Below, piece after piece: positions 46,721-54,267 of a stretch of 64,000 nt of DNA. Positions within the stretch are counted from its first letter, which is position 1; every line of letters begins with the position of its first letter. Both the position numbers and the translations under genes were made by a program. The stretch is taken from assembly GCA_043811995.1 (NCBI GenBank), contig JBDRMP010000055.1:372-64371 (forward strand), read 5' to 3'. This DNA is from Planctomycetota bacterium (GTDB lineage: Bacteria; Planctomycetota; Phycisphaerae; Sedimentisphaerales; Anaerobacaceae). The notes below the pieces were generated by a model. The model worked only from the letters and a program-made list of their open reading frames with translations, searched no databases and was not told the origin of the DNA.

Positions 46721-47335
46721 GCAGAATACGCCCACAGCGACTCCGACTGGGAGGTCACTGGTCCTGTAATCGATGGAAAAATGAGCGACGTTAAATCCAA
46801 TATGTTTCTCGCACAACCCGCCTATGGCCTCACCGACGACTGGGAAATATATGCGCTGCTCGGTGTTACAGATACCGGATGGAAGGATTTCGATGGCGGC
46901 TACGAGTTTGCCTACGGGTTTGGAACAAAAATAACGTTTGAAAAAACCGAAAATACTGCCTGGGGACTCCTGTTCGAGATTCAATGGAACAAAAGCAACG
47001 ATTCCGGAACGATGGACCTGGCCGACATAAATGGCACCTCGGCTGATTACTCCGTCGATGTCACGTATTATGATATAACCATTGCCCTGGGCCCGACATG
47101 GAAAGTCGCCGAAGGATTGCGCCTCTATGGAGGTCCCTTTTTCTACGTGCTCGAAGGCGACATTGACGTCGAAGGTGGCGGCGTAAACGCATCATCAAAC
47201 CTCTCTGAAAAAATAATGTTTGGCGGATACGTCGGCACTGAGCTGGACATTTGCCCCAACTCTTCCTGGTATGGGGAGTTCCGGTTCACAGGCGATATGT
47301 GGACCTTAGGCACGGGCGTCAGCTGGAAATTTTAG
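46715..47335 (+). pseudogene. 5'-truncated paralog of the beta-barrel gene at 47475-48155
   Basis: Aligns with the downstream paralog from AEYAHSDSDWEV (versus FEYAHSSTDFDV) to the C-terminal ...GTGVSWKF (versus GSGINFKF). Shared blocks: GYGL.DDWE, GFGTK, GGPF, D(I/V)EG, YGEF. It lacks the ~41 N-terminal residues, including the signal peptide. Confidence 0.65.
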
Positions 47336-47474
47336 CACAACGCAAAAAAACTTTGGTGCATTTGAATTTTTGTATGTATGAAAACTTCTCTCTGGCCGGT
47401 GGTTTATCGAGTTACGCTGTATTAAGCACCGGCTGGAAAGATTTACACACCAGTGTTTCAGAAAGGAGTTCGTT

Positions 47475-48155
47475 ATGAAGAAAAACGCGCTCGTGGTCGC
47501 TTCCCTCTTCGTGCTCGCAATGACTGGTTCGACTCTTGCATGGGCGCCGATGGGGTCCCCGACAACCGACCTCAAACAAGGCCAGTTCAGGGCCGGCTTT
47601 GAGTATGCCCATAGCAGCACCGACTTCGATGTGGACTTTGGCGGTCTTACCCTGTCGGCCGACAACGTCAAGTCGGATTTTTTCGTTGCAAATATCGGCT
47701 ATGGTCTGCTCGATGACTGGGAGATGTTTGTGCGCCTCGGGGCCGCCAACGCCGAGGCCGATTACGGGTTCGATTTAGGTTTTGGAACAAAAGTTACAGT
47801 CCTTAGAAAGGAAAAATTCTCTCTCGGAGTGCTTTTTCAAGCGAATTGGTTCCGCTCTGATGACAGCGTTGACGGCATAGATGCCACGCTGAAAGTCTAT
47901 GAAATCCAGTTCGCAGCAGGCCCCAGCTATAAACTTAGTGACAATATCTCTGTCTTTGGCGGACCGTTCCTGCATTTTATAGGCGGTAAACTTGATATCG
48001 AAGGGTATGACACTTATGACGTCAAGGAAGACGCCGAAATCGGAGATTTCGTAGGTTTAGAAGCCGAGGTTTGCCGGAATACCTCTTTGTACGGCGAATT
48101 CCAGCTTGCCAGCGGCCAGTGGGCCGTCGGCTCAGGCATTAACTTTAAGTTCTAA
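47475..48155 (+). CDS. small outer-membrane beta-barrel protein (OmpA-beta/OmpW-like size class)
   Basis: Signal peptide MKKNALVVASLFVLAMTGSTLA, eight-strand-sized barrel, C-terminal ...GSGINFKF. Confidence 0.75.
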   Translation: MKKNALVVASLFVLAMTGSTLAWAPMGSPTTDLKQGQFRAGFEYAHSSTDFDVDFGGLTLSADNVKSDFFVANIGYGLLDDWEMFVRLGAANAEADYGFDLGFGTKVTVLRKEKFSLGVLFQANWFRSDDSVDGIDATLKVYEIQFAAGPSYKLSDNISVFGGPFLHFIGGKLDIEGYDTYDVKEDAEIGDFVGLEAEVCRNTSLYGEFQLASGQWAVGSGINFKF

Positions 48156-48206
48156 ATGTCGCCATACCCCTTGATAATATCTAAGACGCCTGCGTCTAAA
48201 AGACGG

Positions 48207-48233
48207 GCCGGCCCAAACACGCCGGCTTTTTTT
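48207..48233 (+). terminator. rho-independent terminator between convergent genes
   Basis: GCCGGC (48207-48212), loop CCAAACAC, GCCGGC (48221-48226), then T7. Confidence 0.65.
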
Positions 48234-48251
48234 ATTTAATACAGAAATCAG

Positions 48252-49268
48252 TTAAACCGTCCGCCCGGCGACAAATCTCGCCGTCTCAATAAGGGCGTTC
48301 TTCCCCTCGCTGTTCTTTAGTCCCCCCAGTGACTTGATTGCCTGTTTCACAAATTTCTCCACACGCCTTTGGGCGTACTCGATGCTGCCGTTCTCTCTCA
48401 GTATTTTCGCCAGAGAGAAAATCGCCCGTTTCGAGCTGCTCCGGGGGTGGTTAATCAACCTTCTTGCAGCGGCCTTTTCCTTCTTCCCTGCCGAATTGAA
48501 AAAATGTATCAGCGGCAAAGTCAGCTTGTCGTGCTCCAGGTCATTGCCGACTGATTTACCCGTCCTGGCCTCGACGCCCGTCAAATCGAGCAAATCGTCG
48601 GTAATCTGAAACGCAATACCGGTATTGCGCCCGTAATCGGCCAAAATCCGCACCTGACGCTCGCTGCCGCCCGCCAGCATCGCCCCAAGCGAACACGCCC
48701 CGCTGAATAACGCCGCGGTCTTCTCTGTTATTATCTCAAAATATTGCGATTCACTGAGATGCCAGTTGCCCCTCTGTGCCGTTTGGCGCAACTCACCTTC
48801 ACACGTCCGCACGGCGGCCGAGGCGATAGTTGCAGCCGCTTTTGTATCCAGCTCAACACACAGCCGAAATACCCTGCTTAATAAAAAATCTCCGAGTAAA
48901 ACTGCCGACTCATTGCCCCGCATATGGTTGAGTGTCGCTGCGCCTCGCCGCGTAGTGCCCTCGTCAACTACGTCGTCGTGCAGCAAAGTCGCGTTATGAA
49001 TCATTTCGACTATTCCGCCCCCTCGTATGTGCCTTTCCGTTATTCTGCCGCACACAAGACCCGAAAGCAGCAACAGTCCGGGCCGAATCATCTTCCCTTT
49101 GACCGCTGCGATATAACCCGCCAAATCCCTGACAGGTTTGCTGCAATCCAACAGCTCACGCTCAATCAGTGCCCTTACCTGTGAAAGCTCCTTGGCGATA
49201 ATTGAAAACGTATGGAGTGTTCCGCCGGCGGAGCCCAAACCGCCGCATCTTTGTGCTGATGATTGCAT
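48252..49268 (-). CDS. trans-polyprenyl diphosphate synthase (IspB-like)
   Basis: First and second Asp-rich motifs LLHDDVVDEG and FQITDDLLD. The start is uncertain: the track uses a GTG at 49292 and I prefer the ATG at 49268. Confidence 0.88.
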   Translation of the reverse strand: MQSSAQRCGGLGSAGGTLHTFSIIAKELSQVRALIERELLDCSKPVRDLAGYIAAVKGKMIRPGLLLLSGLVCGRITERHIRGGGIVEMIHNATLLHDDVVDEGTTRRGAATLNHMRGNESAVLLGDFLLSRVFRLCVELDTKAAATIASAAVRTCEGELRQTAQRGNWHLSESQYFEIITEKTAALFSGACSLGAMLAGGSERQVRILADYGRNTGIAFQITDDLLDLTGVEARTGKSVGNDLEHDKLTLPLIHFFNSAGKKEKAAARRLINHPRSSSKRAIFSLAKILRENGSIEYAQRRVEKFVKQAIKSLGGLKNSEGKNALIETARFVAGRTV

Positions 49269-49288
49269 CGTGCCGATTATGCAGCCCG

Positions 49289-49386
49289 GCACTTATTTTG
49301 AGCAATGACTCTCGAATAATTTGCGACCGCCGCTTCGTCAATCAAACTTTATCCCGAATCCGACAATCGCAACTCAAAATAAGTGC
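49289..49386. repeat. perfect 14-bp inverted repeat bracketing the ilvE / polyprenyl-synthase spacer
   Basis: GCACTTATTTTGAG (49289-49302) and CTCAAAATAAGTGC (49373-49386), 70 nt apart. Confidence 0.85.
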
Positions 49387-49390
49387 TGGG

Positions 49391-50257
49391 CTACTTCTCC
49401 TTTCCGTGTGCGTATCGGAAAAATTTGTCTCTTAACCGCCTGGTGATTGGACCGGGCCTTCCGTCGCCGATTACCCGGCCGTCTATCTCCACAACACCTA
49501 TGACCTCCGCCGCCGTCCCTGTTAAAAACAGCTCATCGCTTATATACAAGTCAAACCTCGTCAGGTTCTTCTCTACTGCCTTAATCCCATTTTTGCCCGC
49601 CAGCCGAATCACAACCTCCCTTGTAATGCCCTCAAGCCCGCCTGCTTCGACAGGCGGCGTATAAATGGCGCCCTTGCGGACCATAAAGACGTTGTCGCCC
49701 GTCGCCTCTGCCACGTACCCCTCGTGGTTATACATAATCGCCTCAGGCACGTTGTTATCGAGCGCCTCTATCTTGGCCAGGATATTATTCAGATAGTTCA
49801 TACTCTTGATCTGGGGCGGTATCGCCAGCGGATGGTTACGCACCGTCACCGCGCTGATAATCTTGAGCCCCTTCTCATACAGCTCCTCGGGGTATAGCTG
49901 GATATTGTCCGCGATTATGAACACCGTAGGTGGCTCGCAGGTAAAGGGATTCAGTCCCAGCGACCCAACGCCGCGGGTAACAACCAGCCGGATGTAACCA
50001 TCCACCACGCCGTTGGCCTCGACGGTTTTGTTCAGCGCATCGATAAGCTTCTCCCTGCTCATCGGGATATCGAGCCGAATCCCCCTCGCCGAGTTGTAAA
50101 GCCGCTCTATATGTGCATCAAGCTCAAAGACCCGCCCGTTGTAAACCCGTATTCCCTCGAAGACCCCGTCGCCATACAATAAGCCGTGGTCAAAGACGGA
50201 TATCTTTGCGTCCTGCTCATCTACAAGTTTATCGCCAAGCCAAATTTTCAACGCCAT
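49391..50257 (-). CDS. ilvE: branched-chain amino acid aminotransferase (class IV)
   Basis: ...ISVFDHGLLYGDGVFEGIRVYNGRVFELDAHIERL...; 288 aa, typical short IlvE. Confidence 0.9.
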   Translation of the reverse strand: MALKIWLGDKLVDEQDAKISVFDHGLLYGDGVFEGIRVYNGRVFELDAHIERLYNSARGIRLDIPMSREKLIDALNKTVEANGVVDGYIRLVVTRGVGSLGLNPFTCEPPTVFIIADNIQLYPEELYEKGLKIISAVTVRNHPLAIPPQIKSMNYLNNILAKIEALDNNVPEAIMYNHEGYVAEATGDNVFMVRKGAIYTPPVEAGGLEGITREVVIRLAGKNGIKAVEKNLTRFDLYISDELFLTGTAAEVIGVVEIDGRVIGDGRPGPITRRLRDKFFRYAHGKEK

Positions 50258-50325
50258 AATTTCTCCCTTGGCCTTCTTACTTTCGCCTTTCTTGTCACGG
50301 CATAGCCCCTTGGGCGAAGCCGGAT

Positions 50326-51021
50326 TTACTTTATCCTGCCGTCCGCCAGCGTTATTATCCGCCCGGCCCGTTTTGCAACCCGCTCATCGTGCGTGACCAT
50401 AACTATGGTCTGACCTGCGTGATTCAACTTTTCGAGCAGTTCCAGAATACCATTTCCCGTCGCAGAGTCAAGGTTGCCCGTTGGCTCATCTGCCAAAAGC
50501 AGCTTCGGCTCATTAACCAGCGCCCTCGCTATCGCCGCCCGCTGCCGTTCCCCCCCGGATAACTGATACGGCTTATGCGCCGCCCTTTCCCCCAGACCGA
50601 CCGCTTCCAGCAATTCTCGCCCTTTTTTCCTCACGGAACCTCGCACAGACAACCAGTGAATCACTCCCGCCGGCACCATCGCGGGCAAAATCACGTTCTC
50701 CAGCACGTTTAATTCGTCCAATAAATGATAAAACTGAAACACAAACCCAACCGTTTTATTGCGGTACCTGTTCAGCTCTCCGCCGCTCATCCCGTCCAGC
50801 TTTCGCCCCTCGAATCGCACGGTTCCTTTATCGGGTCTGTCCAGCGCGCCTAAAATGTGAAGCAGCGTGCTTTTCCCGCTGCCCGACGCGCCCACTATCG
50901 CGGCAAATTCCCCTTTCCTGACCGCGACGTCAGCCCCCTTAAGGACGCGGACCTCAGCCGCACCCATCCTGTAGGATTTATAAATCCCCTGCGCCTCTAT
51001 TATGAAATTACCTTCGCTCAT
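50326..51021 (-). CDS. lolD: lipoprotein-releasing system ATP-binding protein LolD-type ABC ATPase
   Basis: Walker A GASGSGKSTLL, signature LSGGERQR, Walker B LLLADEPTGNLD. Overlaps the upstream permease stop (ATGA). Confidence 0.85.
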   Translation of the reverse strand: MSEGNFIIEAQGIYKSYRMGAAEVRVLKGADVAVRKGEFAAIVGASGSGKSTLLHILGALDRPDKGTVRFEGRKLDGMSGGELNRYRNKTVGFVFQFYHLLDELNVLENVILPAMVPAGVIHWLSVRGSVRKKGRELLEAVGLGERAAHKPYQLSGGERQRAAIARALVNEPKLLLADEPTGNLDSATGNGILELLEKLNHAGQTIVMVTHDERVAKRAGRIITLADGRIK

Positions 51022-52367
51022 AACTGGCTCACCTGCAATGCCTCAATGGGTTTGTTTCGGGCCGCACGAACGCTCGGCAGCGCCGCGCCCGCTAAACACG
51101 CCAAAACCGCACAACCCGCCACTACCAGCACCATTGTCAAATCTATCCTGTGGGGTATCTCTCCTATCGCATAAATAGTCCTGTCCCACAATTGAAACCC
51201 GAACCGCTCATATAACCAGCTCTCTATAGCGTTTATGTCACGCAAAAACAATGCCCCTCCCGCAATTCCCGCCGCCGAGCCGAGAATGCCGACCATCGCC
51301 GCGAAACCCGAAAACAACGCCACAACGTCAAAGCCCGAAGCCCCGACGCTTTTCAGGATGCCGAGGTCCTTGGTCTTGTGACTTACTATCATATAAAAGA
51401 CAACGAAAACTATAAACACCGTCGTAAGCCCCACTAAACCGAACATCACTATCAGCATCGCCTGTTCCTTCTCCATCGCCGCTATAAACTCCCGCCTGTG
51501 CTCCTTCCAGCTTTGCACATTCACCTGCGATAATAATTCCGCGTTTTCCTTTCCCCTCATTTGGTCGCCGAATTTCGCCCACAACAGCCGGACCTTCCCG
51601 CAACCGTCTTCGAGCTTTGCTCCCGGCTTGAACTTTATATGAAGTTGCGACGCCCTCGCTGTCGGCCCATCCATCCCGCAGAGCACCTGCGCATCTTCAA
51701 AGGGAAGATAGACCACCGACGAATCCACTCTCGCCAGTCCGCTTTCCGATGTGTCACTAAAATAAAACGTCTTCGTATTAACCAGGTCCGTCCCCGCCTT
51801 CGCCAGTGCCCCTTTGGCAGTCAATGGAAAACAGGTTACCGTTAACGGCATCGCCTCCGGATTCGGGTCATAATAATATTTTCCGTGCTCATCCCGCCAA
51901 ATCCACATATCCACACCGACTACAAAACCCGGAAGGTTTGCGTTCCCTGTTGGCTCAAACGCGTGCGATACGTCGCCTTTATGGTATTGCAGTGTCCGCC
52001 CAAAACCCGTCGCCTTGCTTTGTCTGGCTGCGTCAATCCCGATTATCTCGACACCTATATTGCGACTGGAACCTTCTCTGCCGACAAGGGCGTAGCTTTT
52101 AATCACGGGTGATACCGCTTCGACAAATTCTTCCGACTCTAAAATCCTCACAAAATCCTCATAATATGGAAAACCAACCAGCGATTCCGTTCCCACCACG
52201 CAGTCGCCGATAAATTCGTGGTTTTTCTTTATGAAGTCCCCGACCAGACCCGTCATCACCGTCATAACGACAACCACGATAAACACACATAGAGCAACCG
52301 CGCCAAGCGCAAGATAACTTATTCTCCGCCGATATAGATAACGTATTGCCAAAATCAGCTTATACAT
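51018..52367 (-). CDS. LolC/LolE-type (FtsX-fold) ABC permease
   Basis: Start trimmed to MYKLILAIRYLYRRRISYLALGAVAL (canonical LolC/E N-terminus). Large periplasmic loop. C-terminal FtsX TM bundle ...KDLGILKSVGAS... Confidence 0.85.
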   Translation of the reverse strand: MYKLILAIRYLYRRRISYLALGAVALCVFIVVVVMTVMTGLVGDFIKKNHEFIGDCVVGTESLVGFPYYEDFVRILESEEFVEAVSPVIKSYALVGREGSSRNIGVEIIGIDAARQSKATGFGRTLQYHKGDVSHAFEPTGNANLPGFVVGVDMWIWRDEHGKYYYDPNPEAMPLTVTCFPLTAKGALAKAGTDLVNTKTFYFSDTSESGLARVDSSVVYLPFEDAQVLCGMDGPTARASQLHIKFKPGAKLEDGCGKVRLLWAKFGDQMRGKENAELLSQVNVQSWKEHRREFIAAMEKEQAMLIVMFGLVGLTTVFIVFVVFYMIVSHKTKDLGILKSVGASGFDVVALFSGFAAMVGILGSAAGIAGGALFLRDINAIESWLYERFGFQLWDRTIYAIGEIPHRIDLTMVLVVAGCAVLACLAGAALPSVRAARNKPIEALQVSQL

Positions 52368-52372
52368 CTGGT

Positions 52373-52857
52373 AAATGTCCAATGTCGAATATCGAACTCC
52401 CAATGTCCAAATGCACGCGGTTATCCTCTTCTCTTTGCTGTTTTCACGCTCGCGGCGAAAATTGCAATAAGCTCGCAATCTTCATTTAACACTTTCGACA
52501 CCATTCCGGTCGGCTTAACCAGCCCCTTTAGTTGAATAATCAAAAGCCATATCCGTGTTTCACGCAATTCTTTCAATGCCACTCGCATCTTATGAATGAA
52601 ATCGCTTCGAGATTCCGCACTTTGTGCTTCTCCGTAATTCGCTGCCGGAGATGTTCCGCTGCGAACAAGCTGATTGCCGATGTGGTTCCCTACTCGCGTG
52701 TTCGGTAAACTTTCAACTATATCAATGACATCAATAGAAAAGTCAATCAACCTTTTTTCTAAATCAAACTTATGATTTCCTTTGCATTTTTCCGTTTCCA
52801 TTTCCTGTGCCACTCTTACTTGGACATTTAATATTTGATATTGGACATTGGACATTT
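52373..52857 (-). mobile_element. IVS-like cassette: four-helix-bundle gene flanked by ~40-nt imperfect inverted arms made of 7-nt repeats
   Basis: Outer 21 nt: AAATGTCCAATGTCGAATATC (52373-52393, plus strand) against the reverse complement of 52837-52857, AAATGTCCAATGTCCAATATC (20/21). The arms extend to about 40 nt (about 32/40). The cassette fills the whole lolE-lolC spacer. Mobility is inferred, not shown. Confidence 0.6.
52421..52801 (-). CDS. four-helix-bundle protein (TIGR02436 / 23S rRNA intervening-sequence protein family)
   Basis: ...FDLEKRLIDFSIDVIDIVESLP...GNQLVRSGTSPAANYGEAQSAESRSDFIHKMRVALKELRETRIWLLI... matches the family consensus (Q..RS.TS..ANY.EA....S..DF..K...A.KE..ET..WL). 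Start placed at METEKC; the track ORF begins 26 codons earlier inside the repeat arm. Confidence 0.8.
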   Translation of the reverse strand: METEKCKGNHKFDLEKRLIDFSIDVIDIVESLPNTRVGNHIGNQLVRSGTSPAANYGEAQSAESRSDFIHKMRVALKELRETRIWLLIIQLKGLVKPTGMVSKVLNEDCELIAIFAASVKTAKRRG

Positions 52858-52859
52858 TC

Positions 52860-54173
52860 CTATTCATAGCGCAAAACATTCACGGGCCTCGTCATCGCAG
52901 CCGATATCGCCGGGAAGCCCGCGCCTATCGCCGCGCCCGCAATCGCCGATAGAACTATCCATACTACCGCAGGCCAATCGACCTCGCTCGGTATCCTGCT
53001 GAACATATACACGCTCGCTTTCCACAATTTCAGCCCGAATATCACCCTTATCCATCCCTCTATCGCGTTGATGTTTTTCGTAATAATATACCCGAGCGCT
53101 GTCCCAATCGCCGCTCCCGTTGTCCCTATGAAGCCGCCAAATCCTATGAATATCGTCGCCACGCTGGCGCTGCCTGCCCCGCAGCTTTTCATAATCGCAA
53201 CGTCCTTGCGCCTCGTCTCTACAATCATATAAAATATGCAAAAAACAAGAAGCACCGCGCTCAAGCTCACCACTCCGAATATCAAAAGCAATACTCCCAT
53301 CTGCTTGCGAATTTCCGCCACGTATCTTGCCTGCATCTGTCTCGCTGTCTCTATCCTCGTCTGTTCTATTTGATATGGCTCCCAGCCGAGGCGCTGCGAC
53401 GCAAACGTCCCCCACACCCCGCGAATCTGCGCAAGCGCAACCTCCGTTTCCACACTGCTTTGAAGCTTTATATGAACCTGTCCGGCAATCGGCTGCTTCG
53501 CTTCCGGATACATCGCTTCCTGCACCCGCTCTATCGGAAGATACACGATTCGCTTATCAAGATAATATACGCCGGTAAAAACAACGTCGGCAATCGTAAA
53601 TTGTATCGTCCTTCGCCTGAATCGCCCGGAACCGTCCTGTTCATTAACTATCGAACCCGTCGAAAGAACGGCTGTCTGTCCAATCATTTGTTCGACGGCG
53701 TTAAAATCGTACTCATCCGTCTTCTCATTCGGCTCTGACAAAACTCCTATACCCACATAACCCACAGAAAAGGGGTCGGAATCCTTTTCTGTCTTACCTT
53801 TCAGCAATGACTTTTCAAATGCCGTCACCCTGCCCTCTTTCTGTAAATCGATACCGCTAATCTCCACCGCTCGAACGTTGCCCCTGCCTATATGCAAAAG
53901 CCCCTGCGCAGACAGCGTTCCCGTTGCTGCTTCAACAGATTTAAGCCCCTCCAGCTCTCTCGTAAGCTCCTGATAATTTTCAATTTTTTCCTGCGGCGCT
54001 ATAACAATGTCGCCTAACGCCTCTGCCGAGCTTCGCTCGAACGTGTTTATAAACCCGCTGAACAAACTGGCGACGACTATCAGAAGTGCACACGATAACG
54101 CGACGGCCGCGACACTCAGCAGCACCATCCTCCTCTTGCTCAGGTACCGCAGCCATAAAAATATCTTCAGCAT
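52860..54173 (-). CDS. LolC/LolE-type (FtsX-fold) ABC permease, second paralog
   Basis: MLKIFLWLRYLSKRRMVLLSVAAVAL...; periplasmic loop; ...KDVAIMKSCGAG... FtsX bundle. Confidence 0.85.
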   Translation of the reverse strand: MLKIFLWLRYLSKRRMVLLSVAAVALSCALLIVVASLFSGFINTFERSSAEALGDIVIAPQEKIENYQELTRELEGLKSVEAATGTLSAQGLLHIGRGNVRAVEISGIDLQKEGRVTAFEKSLLKGKTEKDSDPFSVGYVGIGVLSEPNEKTDEYDFNAVEQMIGQTAVLSTGSIVNEQDGSGRFRRRTIQFTIADVVFTGVYYLDKRIVYLPIERVQEAMYPEAKQPIAGQVHIKLQSSVETEVALAQIRGVWGTFASQRLGWEPYQIEQTRIETARQMQARYVAEIRKQMGVLLLIFGVVSLSAVLLVFCIFYMIVETRRKDVAIMKSCGAGSASVATIFIGFGGFIGTTGAAIGTALGYIITKNINAIEGWIRVIFGLKLWKASVYMFSRIPSEVDWPAVVWIVLSAIAGAAIGAGFPAISAAMTRPVNVLRYE

Positions 54174-54183
54174 CCCTTTTCTA

Positions 54184-54267
54184 CCACGAAGTCACAAAGA
54201 CACTAAGGTTTCTTTTTTATTTTCCTTTTGATTTTTTGCTTCTCTTTGTGACTTGGTGTCTTTGTGG
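54184..54267 (-). promoter_or_regulatory. intercistronic stem-loop with two mutually exclusive helices and an A-rich 38-nt loop (lysS / lolE spacer)
   Basis: H1: 54189-54200 AAGTCACAAAGA pairs with 54243-54254 TCTTTGTGACTT (12 bp, perfect). H2: 54193-54203 CACAAAGACAC pairs with 54256-54266 GTGTCTTTGTG (11 bp, perfect). The two helices share one arm. Confidence 0.7.

Noticed and set aside
52368-52478. N-terminal extensions of lolC (to 52478), of the four-helix-bundle ORF (to 52879) and of lysS (to 55881).
   Set aside because: The extensions translate the heptad-repeat spacers (for example MSNVQYQILNVQ, NSKFQYLN) and overlap upstream genes. Canonical family N-termini begin at the internal Met codons.
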